The notes: generated by a model not told the origin, from the letters alone. A DNA stretch of 62,000 nt from Malacoraja senta (GCA_038087875.1 CM075995.1:496001-558000), one strand, 5' to 3'; shown: positions 24,750-38,285, counted from the first letter of the stretch. Translations and numbers: made by a program.

Positions 24750-24790
24750 ATAGATAAATAGATAGATAGATAGATAAATAAATAAATAAG
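23925..24790 (+). mobile_element. L1-clade LINE 3' end (ORF2 C-terminus, 3' UTR, A-rich tail)
   Basis: DPELALFG...AAKKMILTDWKS..P...W...IQMERI is typical of fish-type L1 ORF2 C-termini. T-rich 3' UTR, then (AAAT)n/(AGAT)n at about 24704-24790. Confidence 0.75.
24255..24628. repeat. Minisatellite with 71-bp higher-order unit
   Basis: With A=GACTGTGTAGCACCATGTG (19 bp) and B=GACTGTG (7 bp), the array reads (ABABA)x4, A, ABABA = 374 bp. Confidence 0.95.
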
Positions 24791-25701
24791 AAGGATCCTT
24801 GGACTACCTTTGATCGGACTTTATCTTTACGTTAACATAACGTTATTCACGTTGTTCCCATCATCATCATCATCTATCTGTGCACTTTGGATGGCTCGAT
24901 TGTGATCATGTGTTGTCTTTCTGCTGACTGGATAGCACGCAACAAAAGCTTTTCACTGTACCTCAGAACACCTGACTATAAACTAATTCAACTTGTTCTG
25001 TACATCAGCGTGCATTTTGGAGAAGATCAGACTTGCCCACGTGCAAGATGGCCCAATATCAGTTCCAGGTTCTCCCAAACTCAGAGTCATAGACTTACAC
25101 AGCAGGGAAACAGGCCATTCAGCCCAACATCCACGCCCACTAATTTGCCTACCAAAACATGTCCCAATTGCCTGCATTAGGACCTACCAGGCAGGACCTT
25201 GTCAAAAGCCTTGCAAAGCCATTGACAATACTCTTGGTCACCTCGTCATAAAAACTTTGAAAGACACCAAGCCATGCTGATTATCCATAATCAGTCGTAG
25301 AATCATACAGCATGGAAAAAGACCCTTCGGCCCAACTCGCCCATGCCGACCAAGTAGATTCCCAGCAGAGAAAAATTCAATTCCACTCTGCAAGAGGCAA
25401 GCGGCTTCAAATTAAACATGTCATTCTATGTACCACAATGAAACAATGTTGAGCTGATCACAAACGATGCTTGCAGAAAGCATGAAAACAGTGGACAGCA
25501 TTTATAAAATAAGCCACATTTATTGTGACAACATGTAACCGGAGGTCCCATTGCATTTTACATACTAATCAACAAGAAATTCCAATACTGCACTGGCTAA
25601 CTTAATACATCTGTAATATTCACAACCAGGATTCCATATCAAATCTGTTAAGGTGGAGACAGACAGATACCTGATTAGTAATAGCCCCTGTCCCACTGTA
25701 C

Positions 25702-26943
25702 TCAAAATTCAAGATTTCCTTTATTGTCATTCAGACATTTCGGTCTGAACGAAATTATGTTGCCTGCAGTCATACACAGAACCAATAATAACAAAACAGA
25801 CAATAAACACAAATTAAACATCCACCACAGTGAGTTCACTAAGCACATCCTCACTGTGATGGAGGCAAAGTCTTAGTCTCCGTCTCTTCCCTCCTTGTTC
25901 TCCCTCTGCGCTGAGGCGATCGATCCAGGCCGAAGATGCCGCCCTTCAGTCCAGCGGACCTCCGTGGTGATGTCGCCGCCACCGAAAGCCGGAATGCCGT
26001 CTCCGCTCCGAGACGGCCCGCCACAGCATCAGCTCCGGGTCCCGCAGTCTCCGCTCCGGGCCACCGCCCCAGCTCCAGGCCCCGCAGTCTCCGCTCCGGG
26101 CCACCGCCCCAGCTCCGGGTCCCGTAGTCTCCGCTCCGGACCCCGCTGCATCAGCTCCAGTCTCCGCTCCGGACCCCGCTGCACCAGCTCTGGGTCCCGC
26201 AGTCTCCGCTCCGGACCCCGCTGTATCAGCTCCAGGTCCCACAGTCTCCGCTCCGGACCCCGCTGTATCAGCTCCAGGTCCCACAGTCTCCGCTCCGGAC
26301 CCCGCTGCACCAGCTCTGGGTCCCGCAGTCTCTGCTCCGGACCCCGCTGTATCAGCTCCAGGTCCCACAGTCTCCGCTCCGGACCCCGCTGTATCAGCTC
26401 CAGGTCCCACAGTCTCCGCTCCGGACCCCGCTGCACCAGCTCTGGGTCCTGCAGTCTCCGCTCCGGACCCCGCTGTATCAGCTCCAGGTCCCACAGTCTC
26501 CGCTCCGGACCCCGCTGCACCAGCTCTGGGTCCCGCAGTCTCTGCTCCGGACCCCGCTGCATCAGCTCCAGGCCGCCGCCGAAAGCCAGAATGCCGCACC
26601 AGCAAGTCGGGCCACCGCTGCCTCAGCCCTGAAGACGGCCAGCCTCTCGTTGGTAAGTCCTGGCTGGCTCTGCCTCCGTAGCCTCGGGGTCGGTCGCAGG
26701 ATGGAGGTCACCAGCCCCGCCATTAGGCCTCACCGCAGACGGAGGCAGGGAAGGGGGATACGACACGAAAAAGTCGCATTCCCCCGAAGGAAGAGATAGA
26801 GAACATGATTCACCCCCCCTAACACAACCCAACAAACTAAAACTTAACCAAAACAAGACTAAAAAAACAACAGAAAAAAGTAAAAACAGACGGACTGCAG
26901 GCGAGCCGCAGCCGATTAACAGCGCTGCCACTTAGCGCCGCCA
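25702..26943 (-). mobile_element. Composite GC-rich non-autonomous retroposon containing the VNTR
   Basis: Splits a Harbinger MITE at CCCACTGTAC|GAGTTC. Has a GTGGCGGCGC...GGCTGCGGCTCGCCTGCAGTCCGTC head and a GACAATAAA tail shared with 5045-5818. Confidence 0.7.
26028..26572. repeat. GC-rich 42-bp VNTR
   Basis: About 13 units of CAGCTCCAGGTCCCACAGTCTCCGCTCCGGACCCCGCTGTAT and variants. The first units are 40 bp and one is internally deleted. Confidence 0.95.
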
Positions 26944-27540
26944 CGAGTTCAATCAAGAGTTCTCCCGAGTTTCCCCTGATTCAAACTCGGAGATTTACGG
27001 TAATGGCCGCTCGTAAGTACTCGGGGCTCCCGTGGACATTTTTCAACATGTTGAAAAATCTTCCCGAGTCTTCCCGAGCTTACCGCGTTACGAGTCGTTA
27101 AGAGACGTCCCTGAGCTCCGACGTACCCGCTACATTCATTCTACGTGCTTACCACAAGTTTGATTTTTTTTTAAGAGCACTTGAATGAACTCGTAAGTGG
27201 GACAGGGCTTTAAGGGTTATGGGGAGAAGGCAGGAGAATGGGGTTGAGAGGGAAAGATAGATCAGCCATGAATGAATGGCAGGGGAAACTCCGCTGTTTG
27301 CTGTTTTGAGAGTCATAGATCATACGGTGTAGAAACTGTCCCACCTGCCTGCGTTTGGCTTATATCCCTCTAAACCTATACTATCCATGTACCTGTCCAG
27401 ATGTTTTGTAAACATTGCAATGTTTTGCAAACATGCCTCAACTAACTCCTCTGACAGCCTGGTCCATACACCCACCATCCTTTTGTTTTTTTAATTTCCT
27501 CTTAAATGTACACAGCATCCTGCTGCCCATTAATTTAGTC

Positions 27541-27988
27541 CAGGGGTGGGCAACCTTGTTCTGCATAGGGGCCGGGACGCATGTCTGTGAGCGGATGGCG
27601 GGCCCCATCTATCACGTGTACACATGGATCCTGCCCCGGATGGCAGGCATCAAATCACATGTTCACAGTAGGTAGACAAAAATGCTGGAGAAACTCAGCG
27701 GGTGAGGCAGCCTCCTGCAATCCTTGCGTGTCTCACCCACTGAGTTTCTCCGGCATTTTTGTCCACCTTCGATTTTTCCAGCATCTGCAGTTCTTTCTTA
27801 AATGTGTCCACAGAAGGTGCGCGGCCGTGCCGGCAGTTTTGCGCAGGATGCGGTACAGCCAGAGCTCGGCCGCTGCTCACGGCGCCCGGCGGGCCGGACG
27901 ATTACGGGGGGAAAAATCCGCCTGCGGGCTGGATGATTTCGGGTTACGGGCCGCATTCGGCCCGGGGGCCTTAGGTTGCCGACCCCTG
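27541..27988. mobile_element. Non-autonomous hAT (Charlie-like) element
   Basis: TIR CAGGGGTGGGCAACCT / AGGTTGCCGACCCCTG; flanks ATTTAGTC / CTTTAGAC. Mini-Penelope nested at about 27670-27803. Confidence 0.8.
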
Positions 27989-29683
27989 CTTTAGACTTTA
28001 GAGATACAGAGCGGAAACAAGCCCTTCGGCCCACCGAGTCCGCGCCAACCAGCGATCACTCCGTGCACTAGCACTATCCAACACAATAGGGGTATTTACA
28101 ATTTTACCAAAGCCAATTCACCTGCAAACCTGCACGTCTTTGGAGAGTGGGAGGAAACCGCAGAACCCATGTGATCATATGGAGAATATACAAACTCCAC
28201 ACAGACAGCACCTGCAGTGAGGATCGAACCTGGGTCACTGGCGCTGTAAGGCACAACTCCACCGCTGCGTCACTGTGCCATTTAGTCTTCCTCAACGAAC
28301 TTGGAAAAAAAAGATTCATCCCATTTGCTTTGCATTAGTTAAGTTGTTTATATAATCAAACCAGGGCAACGGCTATCTTTTCAGAAACTGCAAACCAAAC
28401 GTAATAATTTTCCCACATGCTGCAAACACTTGGCAAACGCAGATTTCTGCCCTCTTACCTACTGCAACACATTATATTTCATGTTGCAGTTCAGTCCCAA
28501 ATCATCATTTGAAAAAATAACATTTTAGCAGGCTTGTTGCCAGATATAAATTTAGGATTGTAGCTTCAAATCTGCCCATTTCTAAATCGTAGTCTAGTTC
28601 TGTAAATCTGAAGGCGACTATGGTCCAAAGCAATTAAACTAAAATAAAAGTTGTCAGAGTTCACTCAGAAGAAGCTACAAAATTTGTTCTGTAGTACGGC
28701 TGATCATTTGGGTACCAGACTTTTCTGCTCAACATCGTGTCACTCATAGAATAATATTGACCGTATCATAGATAGAATTATAGAAAAGTCAAAATGAAAT
28801 GATTATTAAAATATATCATGTATCATATGCTAGGCAGATTCAGATTTAAAAACCTAATCACCAAACAACAGTTCAGGAAAGAGAAAAGTACCTTTACTAA
28901 ATCAATTATTAAAAGGGATAACTCGTAAAAATATTCTCTTCCAAATATTTATTAAAATTGACAATGAGATTTCTTTTAACAACTTTCTCGGTCTGTATCT
29001 GCCAACCCCCCCCCCCAACACAATTGATCCGAAACGCCACCCATTCCTTCTCTCCAGACATACTGCCTGTCCCGCGGAGTCACACCAACATTGTGCGTCT
29101 AAGTAGGCACCGAAGCTTAGCGCTGAAAGTCTTGGCAAATAAGAGTTGCTATAATTGTTGGAAAATCAGTAACTGCAACTGGCTCCTAGACGTGACATCA
29201 GTGCAGACAAAAACTGGTGAGAAGTTGCCAACTATATATTTTTTTAAATTACGTCCAAGAAACAAACCTACAAAAATCGGACAATTTGCTTTACATGTGA
29301 CCCAACCTCTCTCCCCCACAACCATAACACCTTCACTGATTTGGCTCTTTGTGCACATGTTTTGGGTTTAAAACACGGCAAGGGATCAAAGAGATAGATA
29401 GCATCTGCACTCAATATGCCTTTTTCCCACCCACCTGATATGTTGCCAAGGAGGCAAGATCACAAGCAAAATCTGCCACTTGCAAAGCGCCAGAAACAAA
29501 TCACAAAGACTCTGCCTCCCCTTCACTGAGCAAATACAACTTCTTGCAAGATGTCAGTTGAGACAACAATCAAATTAATTTTTGGACATGCATGTTTGTA
29601 CTTTCTTCAAAATGCAACCTCTTCAGACCAAATTGGTCAACCACTCTGCAGGCTTTCTTCATATTCAGTGAAAGTCATGTTTA

Positions 29684-30194
29684 AGGGGCCGTCCCACTGC
29701 GGTGACCTAATTCACGAGTTTAAAAGAGTTTGCCCTCGACTCATACTTGCAGCATGGTCGACACGAGGTCGTAGGAGGTCTTTGTAACTCTCCTTCATGC
29801 TCGAGAGTAGTCCCCGCGTACTTGAGGCCTCAGCTAGGTCGCGGCGTTTTTTTCAACATGCTGGAAAATGCCCGCGAGTAAAAAAGGTCGCCATGGAAAA
29901 AAAATCGATATTTTTTTTACTCGTAGGTTTAATCTAAGTAGGTCGTATTGTTAGTCGTAGGTAATCGAGGGTAGTCGAAGGTAGTCGTAGATAGTCTTCA
30001 ACATGGTTGAAGGGAGGTCGAAGGAGATCGAAGGAGGTCGTCTTCACTCTCCACTATTCGGTGTCCAATTTTCCCGAAGCTGGTCGAAGCTAGTCTTCTA
30101 CATGGTCGAAGGGGGTCTTCAACATGACACTTTTTCAAACTCTCTTAAACTCTTCTAAACTTGCCAATTAGGTCACCGCAGTGGGACAGCCTCT
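29684..30194. mobile_element. PIF/Harbinger-type MITE
   Basis: AGGGGCCGTCCCACTGCGGTGACCTAATT...AATTAGGTCACCGCAGTGGGACAGCCTCT, TTA TSD. Confidence 0.85.
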
Positions 30195-30939
30195 TTAATG
30201 TGCATGTTGAAACATTCTGCGTGTTTGCACTTAGATGTCAAACACATTTCTATGTCCAAAAGGACACAAAGTGCTGGAGTAACTCAACAGGTCAGGTCGC
30301 AACTCTGGAGAACATGCATAGGTGACGGGATCGGGTTTTGGGTTGGGATCCTTCTTCAGTTCCAGACAGAGAGTCTGAAGAAGGGTCCTGACACAGATGC
30401 TGCCTGATCTGCCTAGTTACTCCAGCCCTCTGTGTCCTTTTGTGTATTAACCAGCACCTGAAGTTCTTAGTTTCTGCATGTCTGTGTCTTGCCGCAGACT
30501 GTTAGTGTGTAAAGAATTGAAAGCAGTTGCTAAAGGTTGAAGTGATGTACTAACTGTGGGGAAAAGAGGTCATATCATCCATTTGTCCAGTTTTGGAAAG
30601 TATGCACTCATCTCATTCATGCCATGTTTAAGTTTAGTTTAGAGATACAGCGTGCAAACAGGCTTGTAGATCCACCGAGTTCGTGCCGGCCAGTGATCAC
30701 CCATACACTAGTTCTATCCTACACACTAGCGACAATTTACAGAAGTCAATTAACCTGCACGTCTTTGGAATGTGGAAGGGTCGCAGGGAAAACGCACGCG
30801 GTCACTGGGGGAGACCGTACAAGCTCCAAACCGACAGCACCTGTTGTCAGGATCGAACCCGGGTCTCCAATGCAGTAAGGCAGCAACCCCACCACTAAGC
30901 CACTGTTCCACCCTGTGTCTGTTGCCACTTTTCTCTTCA

Positions 30940-31360
30940 CAAATTGCATCGGCTCTGACCTCCCCACCATCGAAGGGATCTATCGCAGTCGCTGCCTCAA
31001 AAGGCTGCCAACATCATCAAAGACCCACACCATCCTGGCCACACACTCATCTCTCCGTTGCCATCGGGAAGACGGTACAGGAGCCTGAAATCTGGAACAT
31101 CCAGGTTCAGGAACAGCATCTTCTCCACAGCCATCAGGCTATTAAACACGACATCAAATAAGCTCTGAACTATAACAGTCTATTATTACTATTGCACTTT
31201 ATCTGTTTATTTATTGTGTATATATATATGGTCTATGGATACACTGAACTTTTATCTCCTGTTCTGTATTATGTTTACATACACTGTGGTGCTGCAGCAA
31301 GCAAGAATTTCATTGTCCTATCTGGGACACATGACAATAAAACTCTCTTGACTCTTGACT
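30940..31360 (+). mobile_element. Rex1/Babar-like LINE 3' fragment
   Basis: Same sequence family as 7130-7815; GACAATAAAACTCTCTTGA tail. Confidence 0.8.
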
Positions 31361-32085
31361 CTTCTTCTACCCGCTCCTGCATATTTTAGCCAAAGATGGA
31401 GTCTAAAATATTGAGTTGGCTTTGAGATTGGGTTTAATTATTTCAAAGATGATTGGTCAATTATTCAACATAGTCATAGGACTAAAACTGAATTCATTCA
31501 TGGAGGAGAATTATCTTATGATCGCAATGTAGGAGGACTGGAGGAGGACTGGCCAAATTTAGGACTGGCAATGTAGAAAATGGAGGAGGACTGGACAAAT
31601 GTTGTGCCTTCCACCACAGTGATGAATGCTGTGGTGGATGTTTATGTTAAATGTTTATTGTGTTTTTGTGTGTTCTTTCTCATTGTACCGCTGCTGGCAA
31701 ATTCATTTCTCTTGCACTTTATGTGCAATGTGACGAATAAAACCGTATTGTATTGTACTTCCACCACAAATCAGTCATAAAATTTCCAAGATTCAGTCTG
31801 AAGAAGGGTCTCAACCCAAAACGTCACCCGTTCTTTCTCCCCAGAGACGCTGCCTGTCCCGCTGAATTACTTCACTATTTTGTGTCTATCTTCGGTGTGA
31901 ACAAGCGTCTGCAGTTCCTTCCTATAACATTCCTAAATGGAAAAGGGGGAGTGAGGAATGAAAAGAACAAATCACACAGGGTACTCTAACATGCTATCTA
32001 CTTTGCATATAGTGCATACCGCCAGTGGCAGAGGGAAGCCAGATCATCAGGACATCAATGCACATTTGTTGCATGGAAATGCGAT

Positions 32086-32380
32086 GGGCGGCACAGTGAC
32101 GCAGCGGTAGAGTTGCTGCCTCACAGCACCGGAGACCCAGGTTCGATCCTGACTACAGGTGCTGCCCTTGTGGAATTTTACGTTCTCCCCGTGGGTTTTC
32201 TCCGAGATCTTCAGTTTCCTCCCACATTGCAACGACGTACAGGTTTGCAGATTAATTGGCTTGGTATAAATGTAAAACTGTCCCTAGTGTGTGTAGGATA
32301 GTGTGCGGGGATCTCTGGTCGGTGCGGACTCAGTGGGGCGAATGGCCTGTTTCTACGCTGTATCACTAAACTAAACTAAA
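32086..32380 (+). mobile_element. HE1-like SINE
   Basis: Same consensus with (AAACT)n tail. Confidence 0.8.
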
Positions 32381-34479
32381 GAGTGATCTGAATCTCCGTT
32401 TACTGGTTTTCATTATTTTATTTTAACGCTTCAGGTAGAAACATTGCCTGGGAGGCAGGAGTGCCATTTCATTCAGTTGGAAAATCTACAGATTCATGAT
32501 GAATCAATCAAATGGAAATCACACATGGATGTAATTGGATAAACTGTCTTTTCACATTTTGTAATCACTCTGAGCAAATTACTTCCAGCTGTTTGCACTC
32601 TTTGTTCACCTACTGGGCAAGCAATGTGGAAAAAATTCCTTCCGCCTTTGTGAAAAGCTTCATTTCATCAAAGAAGCCGCACTGTTGGCTAGATACAACA
32701 ATCTTAAATTATTGTACATTGCACATGGTTCTGTCACTTTTCTCAAAAACTAAGCACCACTAAACTACTTGTCTCTCCGTAGCATGTCCTTCTTCCCTCA
32801 CTTCCCTTTTCCATTGCAACTCATTTTATTTTACCTATCTCAATGCACGGTCAATGAGACTCAACTAATGCACTTGCAACAGGGTTCGAAGACAAATATG
32901 CCGTGCACAGCTCTCAGTCAGTTAATGAATAAAAAAATTGCAGCACGAAACCATGGGTGGAAAAAAAAACCCTCCCAATTTCAAAGGGTACCAGATTCGG
33001 ACCGAGTCTCCGCATTGCAACAAGGTCATATGGTAGACGAAAGAGAAGAAAGTTCTGCGAAACAAACTCTACCAAGAACTAATATAGAGTGGATGCGGAG
33101 GTGATGTTTCCACTAGTGGGAGAGTCCAGGACCAGAGGCCATAGCCACAGAATTAAAGGACTAAATTAAAATTGAAACTAATTCAAGAATCAAATTAAAA
33201 TTTCTTGAGGAGGGAGATGAGGGAGAATTACTTTAGTCAGAGGGTGGTGAATCTGTGGAATTCTTTGCCACAGAAGGATGTTGAGGCTGTCAATTGATAT
33301 TTTTAAGGCAGAGATAGATAGATTCTTGATTAGTACGGGTGTCAGAGGTTATGGGGAGAAGGCAGGAGAATAGGGTTAAGAGGGAAAATAGATTAGCCAT
33401 GATTGAATGGCGGAGTAGACTTGATGGGCTGAATATCCTAATTCTGCTCCTATCACTTATGAAGAACAAATGTGTTCAGGTGAACATGAAATTTCTTATG
33501 TCATGTCCTGCCATTAATCTGGTGAACTTGAGTTGAGTTAATTTGAGTTGTAACTTTACACCAAAAAACCCTCAAATAATGTGTAATTACTAGTGTTGTG
33601 AAACAATAATCTGGTGTCAGGTCCCAATCGCCTCGGGCTAGTCAAAACCACAACATTACTGAATAATGCTTAATGAAGGCTTTTAAACAACTATTTCAAA
33701 ACAATAAAAAAACTATTACAAAGGAAAATTTAGAATATCGGTTGCCAGCCAGTTTAGACTTTCTTGAATCCGACAGATGAAGTGTTGCTTAAACCCCATA
33801 CATCAGGATGCAGTGGTATATATACATGACTTTAAATACAGCCAAACACAACCTAATGTTGAAGAAGATTTCTATTAACAGTTGCAGCGATACAGGATAC
33901 ATTGAGATCCGCAACTCTCAAATGCAAAAAAAAATCAAAATTGTCAATTGCAGGAATAAATATCAGTTGTATCCTACAGATTTCTGTAACTGATGAAGTG
34001 TCTCAAACCGAAACGTCACCTAATCCACGTTCTCCAGAGATGCTGCCTGACCCGCTGAGTTACTCCAGTGCTTTGTGTCCTTTGGAATATTAACCAGCAT
34101 ATGATGCTCCTTGTGTCTCCACTCCAGCTTTCTATGTGAGTGTCTGATATGTTAACATTGATATACATAATGGTGCAAAATTCAAATTTATAGCACACAC
34201 TTCCTGTAGATATATTTCCCCATCACATTTAACAAGTACAGGATAATACAATAGTCTTTAATGCTATTGAAAACCTGTCAGTGTACTTGTGAAAGGCCTC
34301 TTTTCAGTTCGCGGGGAATACTGCAATTCTACCTTCAAAGGCAACCAGAAAAACTGTGCATTAATCACTGCCAGTGATGCTTCACATAGAAACGGTAGCA
34401 TTTCTCAGGGATTACAATGACCCCTTTGTCCCTGTACATCTACATCCCTCATCTACCCTCTTCTTCAATCCTGACACAG

Positions 34480-34725
34480 TCTCTGTCCCACTTGGCGAGT
34501 TTTTCAGCAACTGCCGGCATCGTTCACTGACATATCGGGTCACAGAAAAGGTCACGGCGTGACACGGCGTGACGACGTATTGACGCGCGCCGTTTCCTCA
34601 AGCAACGCAACATTTTTTTTTGTCGCCGCTGGATTTTGAACTGTTCAAAATCTTTCGGCGACCCTGATACGTCAGTCAATGACGCCGGCAGTCGCCGAAA
34701 AAAATCGCCAAGTGGGACAGGCCCT
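34480..34725. mobile_element. PIF/Harbinger-type MITE
   Basis: CTGTCCCACTTGGCG...CGCCAAGTGGGACAGGCCCT; left end degenerate. Inverted relative of 53085-53314. Confidence 0.75.
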
Positions 34726-35010
34726 TTAGGAGCTACGATGGAAGACTGAAATTTTAGAAAGTGGAGAAAAGAGCTCACTGATCACTTCACCGATGTTCTT
34801 CTATTAAATCACAACAGTACGCCGTCTTATCATGAACCCAATAAAAGTTACTTTCTAAAGCTTCATAATTTAAACACTTCCATCAAATCACTCCCTAATT
34901 ACCGCATGCCCATACTCGACAAGCAAGAAGAGAGGAGTGTGATATTTGTTAAGTATTCCAAGTAAATCAACCCAATTGTCTAAATTCATCAACAAAGCTC
35001 CGCAGCTTTT

Positions 35011-35305
35011 GGGCAGCACAGCGGTGGAGTTGCTGCCTTACAACACCAGAGACCCGAGTTCGATCCTGACCATGGGTGCTGTCTGTACGGAGTTTGTACA
35101 TTCTCCCCCTGACCTGTGTGGGTTTATGTCTGGTTTCCAACCACACTCCAAAGACACACAGGTGTGTAAGCTAATTGGCTTGGTAAAATTGTAAATTGTC
35201 CCTAGTGTGTGTAGGTTAGTGTTAGTGTGCGGGAATGACTACTCGGCGAGGAACTGGTGGGCCGAAAGGCCTGTCTCCGCGCTGTATCTCTAAACTAAAT
35301 TAAAT
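35011..35305 (+). mobile_element. HE1-like SINE
   Basis: Same consensus. Confidence 0.8.
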
Positions 35306-37985
35306 ATTCTCAGTGGAAAGGTTTGTGTCGCAATTGTCTCTTGGCTACAGATTTCTCCATTTAAAACAGGAGTGTTGAACATAATTGGGTCAGTCCCTGA
35401 GGATACTCAATTGTTCAGCTACATTTCCTGATTATTTTGTGGTCAACATCTGGCTCTTTTCCATGCGACTATTACAGTGATTTATGCCGGGGGGGAATTA
35501 AGTTTCCTACCAGCAAAGCCAATGTTTCCCTAAACGATCACCCGCCCGTAGGCTTGTCGGAGGCCTTCTGCCCAACTTGCCCACACATGTCCCATCAACA
35601 CGAGTCCCACCTGCCTGCATTTGGACCAGATCCCTCAAAACCTGTCCTATCCATCTGCCTGGATACAAAATGCTGGAGTAGCTCAGCGGGACAGGCAGCG
35701 GATGTCACCTGGATGACATTTCACCTGGATGACATTTCAGGTCGAGATCCTTCTTCACGCTGAAGAAGTCTGGTCTCGAGAAGGGTCTCCACCCAAAACG
35801 TCACCCATTCCTTCTCTCCAGAGATACTACTGCCTGTCCCGCTGAGTTACTCCAGCATTTTGTATCTATCTTCGGTTTAAACCAGCATCTGCAGTTCTTT
35901 CCTACACATTCTATCCATCTACCTGTCGAGCTGTTTCCTAAACATTGCGATAGTACATCCTCCTCCGGCAGCTCGCTCCGTACATCTATCATCCTTTGTG
36001 TGAAAGAGTTACCCTCAGGTTCTATTAACCCACCAGAAGACTCGTCGGTCGGTGGGACCCGGAACCCGCCGAAAGGCTCGTCGGCGTAACCGGGAGGGCG
36101 CTGGAGACGTCGGACACGAGGAGCAAGGGCCGGTAGGGAGGTGAACTGGGGTAATGCCTCCAGCGCCTTCAAGGTCGGCTGTAGGAGGCACCCCCGGGTC
36201 ACAAAGGAGAGGAGAGGGACGTTGGTTGGCGGGAACTGCCCCAGTACATCGAGCGCGTGGACCGACCGGACTTTGAATAATGGCCCCAAAAATGTACCTG
36301 CCTCAACTACCTCCTTCAGCAGCTCGTTCCATACACCTATCATCCTTTGCATGAAAAAGTTACCCCCCCCCCTCAGGATCCTATTAAATCTCTCCACCCC
36401 CTCACCTTAAACCTACGTCCTCTGGTTCTTGTTTCCCCTACGCTGGGCAAGAGACCCTGTGCACCAATCCGTTCTATTCCTCTCATGATTTTGTATTCTC
36501 AGAGGTCATAGAGCTCACACAAACAGATCCTTCATCCCACTTTGTCCATGCCGACCAGGTAGTCATGCCGACTGGGCTGGCCCCATTTGTCTATCAACAG
36601 CGTAGGAACACGGAGACACACAGACAGCCAGAGCAGACTAAAAACCAATGAAGAGACAAATTTACACGACTGCAACTTCATTCTCTCACTGCTACCAATC
36701 CCTATCAGCTGTCATTCTCAAGAGTTGCTGCCTTACAGCGCCAGAAACCCGGGCTCGATTCTGACTTTGCTACGGGTGCCGCCTGTACGGAGTTTGTACG
36801 TTCTCCCCGTGACCTGCGTGGGTTTTCTTCGCTATACCCGGTTACCACCCGCACTGCAAAGGCGTACAGGTTTGTAGGTTACTAGGCTTCGATAAAATTG
36901 TAAATTGTCCCCAGTATGTAGGATAGTGCTAGTGTACAAGGTGATCGCTGGTTAGTGCAGACTCTGTGGGCCGAATGGCCTGTTTCCGCACTGTATCACT
37001 AAAGTCTAAAGAGTAAAACTGTTGTGGTTTATGTTATGACATTCTCTTTGACTAGAGGTCAGATAGTTTCAAATGTGGCGCAGAAGAGCAGTGAACTATG
37101 GTCATAGTTAATAAAGACTTCATGAATGACCTTGGCTTCGTGATTGCTTGTCGTGCCATCAACAGATTGAAACCCAGATTTGATGTAACTGGAGTACAAG
37201 GGCTGGGATAGTGGATTCAGTGCCAGCTGCTACTAAAACGTACGACAAACCTGCAGACATGGACATAATTAGTGACGATCAGGGTTACTGGGAGCATCAT
37301 GGTTAATGGCGGACTATCGGGAGAAGAAGAAATGACAACTTTAAAACGCAGAGCAAGGTAACTTTTTCCAAATTCTGAAATTTGAAAAAATGTCTCCGTC
37401 GTTGCCAGTATTGTTCCCAAAGACAGAGTTTGTGGAAATTGGGCAATAGTACATCTGTTTCAATAAAGAAAGAGCACATAAAGGTCATTGACCAAAAGTC
37501 AACAACGGCAGGCTTCCAAAATTAATGCAAAAAGAATGTTAAAAGAAGCTTGCTTATCACTCTTTTTATACCAGGACTCAATAATCAAATAAAAAACAAC
37601 ACTTTTTTTTCCCCCTTCACCCTGTGTGAATCTGGAAAAGCAAGAATTTCGCTTTTGTAGCTTCCTGGGGGAAAGTGAACTATTTTTCAAAGTTTCTGAA
37701 CCATGCATTGCCTTGGTGACTAGATAAAGAAATGAGGTTATGGAAACACTGACATGGTCAAAAATATTTCTGAGAGTGTGTGAGCATCACTGATAAGGAT
37801 AAGGTCATGATTTATCTTTTTGATCCACTTCAATTTCAGTGCTCAAAAGAATTTGACAGCCTGTTGATAACAAATAACTTACAAAGCCATTGTAAGGATA
37901 TCATTTCACTGACAAAGAAATATGTTAACTTCCTCCACAATTGGGGGGGGGGGGGGGAGGAAAAGAAGAGTGTGCAATTACCTGA

Positions 37986-38285
37986 GTGTTAAAGAAGGAA
38001 CTGCAGATGCTGGAAAATCAAAGGTACACAAAAATGCTGGAGAAACTCAGCGGGTGCAGCAGCATCTATGGAGCGAAGGAAATAGGCCACAAAATTGCTG
38101 GAGAAACTCAGCGGGTGCAGCAGCATCTATGGAGCGAAGGAAATAGGCAACGTTTCGGGCCGAAACCCTTCTTCAGAACCCTTCTTCTTCGTCTGAAGAA
38201 GGGTTTCGGCCCGAAACGTTGCCTATTTCCTTCGCTCCATAGATGCTGCTGCACCCGCTGAGTTTCTCCAGCATTTTTGTGTACC
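37986..38285. mobile_element. Inverted-pair mini-Penelope element with hammerhead-like cores
   Basis: Two inverted arms, each with CTGAAGA-A-GGGTTTCGGCCC-GAAA-CGTT. TSD TGCAATTACCTGA (37973-37985, 38286-38298). Confidence 0.8.

Larger units (their letters stand above)
25682..27210. mobile_element. PIF/Harbinger-type MITE split by a retroposon
   Basis: Same family as 982-1312, TAA TSD. Left TIR 25682-25701, remainder 26944-27210. Confidence 0.8.

Noticed and set aside
25895..26632. 245-aa Ser/Arg-rich ORF and opposite-strand ORFs
   Set aside because: Produced by a stop-free 42-bp VNTR inside a mobile element; no splice or domain support.
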